A program made the position numbers and the translations under genes. From the IMG/VR virus record IMGVR_UViG_3300033070_000552, positions 24,799 to 88,798 of that record: a stretch of 64,000 nucleotides of DNA; one strand, given 5' to 3'. The notes beneath the pieces are model-generated. The model was not told where the DNA came from. It saw nothing but the letters and a program-made list of their open reading frames with translations, and did no database searches. The DNA is from a virus. Its lineage: Duplodnaviria > Caudoviricetes. Positions 63,421 to 64,000 of the stretch are shown here, piece after piece (position 1 is the stretch's first letter; each line of letters begins with the position of its first letter).

Positions 63421-63445
63421 CCGACCCGACCCGACCCGACCTGAC
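63421..63445 (+). repeat. pentanucleotide SSR (CCGAC)4 plus one imperfect unit
   Basis: ccgacccgacccgacccgacctgac. Confidence 0.9.
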
Positions 63446-63451
63446 GCTTAC

Positions 63452-64000
63452 TCATATCGGCTTCCCTCGCCCATCGCCCCGTTGCTTTTTGGAATAATCG
63501 CACGCGGGCCTGGGCGATCCGCCGGGCGAGACCTTGGACCTTGGACTGCGCCGAGCTTGTCCTTCATCCATTGGTGATCCTTGTACGCCCGCTTGTCTGT
63601 TTGTTTCGGTCGGTCGGTCGGTCGGAGTCATGGCCGCCTGATCCGCGTAGTTCTTCTGGCGGTCAGACGGACCGCCAGAAGAACTCTCAACCCATACCCC
63701 GGCCCCTCGCCCGAGTTCACTTTTGATCCCCAGCGAGAGCCACGCCCGCTTGCGGTCCTGCCAATACCCCGAGCGAGCATCGAGCACCGAGAACGGCGGC
63801 ACCACAAACCGCTCGCGAAGCTGGTTCGATAGCTTGACCTGAGGTTGATCGAGCCCGCCGAGCAACGCGGATATCTCATCAGTCGTAAACCCCAACTCAA
63901 TGTTCGAGAGATCGCCCAACGATCGGATCTCCTGGCTGAGCAAATCCATGTCCCACTCGGCAATCTCGTTGGTCTTGTTGTCGGCGATACGAAGAGCGGC
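63452..64000 (-). CDS. ParB-like N-terminal part of a phage methyltransferase (5' end off the window)
   Basis: ALRIADNKTNEIAEWDMDLL; LRERFVVPPFSVLDARSGYWQDRKRAWLSLGIKSELGRG. Confidence 0.8.
   Translation of the reverse strand, partial: AALRIADNKTNEIAEWDMDLLSQEIRSLGDLSNIELGFTTDEISALLGGLDQPQVKLSNQLRERFVVPPFSVLDARSGYWQDRKRAWLSLGIKSELGRGAGVWVESSSGGPSDRQKNYADQAAMTPTDRPTETNRQAGVQGSPMDEGQARRSPRSKVSPGGSPRPACDYSKKQRGDGRGKPI
63607..63625 (+). repeat. tetranucleotide SSR (CGGT)4.75
   Basis: cggtcggtcggtcggtcgg. Confidence 0.9.

Noticed and set aside
1-64000. Apparent abundance of CGATCG/GATC (HIP1-like or methylase target)
   Set aside because: Plausibly explained by ATC/GAT/CGA codon junctions; cannot be assessed without a Markov-model count.

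Overview
A 64-kb piece of a high-GC, tailed (siphovirus-like) bacteriophage or prophage genome. Essentially all credible genes lie on the minus strand; the long plus-strand ORFs are antisense shadows. Read in transcription direction (64000->1), the window holds: a split ParB/DNA-methyltransferase gene with simple-sequence repeats; two cassettes of small early-type genes behind a duplicated promoter module; a large glycosyltransferase/methyltransferase/epimerase/GNAT cluster; a membrane/lysis-like block (GroES-like, holin-like, lipoprotein, signal-peptide beta-helix protein, holin-like/PAS fusion); a degenerate QueE-like gene, a second GroES and an N4-C methyltransferase; terminase large subunit, portal, minor head protein, a sigma factor, adaptor, scaffold, major capsid, DUF115-like gene, neck/tail genes and a 1488-aa tape measure protein; then a SNF2 helicase, two tRNAs, a 5'-3' exonuclease and a DnaE polymerase running off the left edge. 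The most striking unexplained structure is regulatory: 23 copies of a 17-bp AT-rich palindrome TATTTC-N5-GAAATA (plus 4 copies of GATATC-CCTGC-GATATC) and 15 co-oriented copies of CGGGAACGTCT, 11 of them 3-6 nt before ATG codons. No integrase, recognisable endolysin, small terminase or CRISPR array was seen. All product calls come from motifs read by eye; no database search was run.
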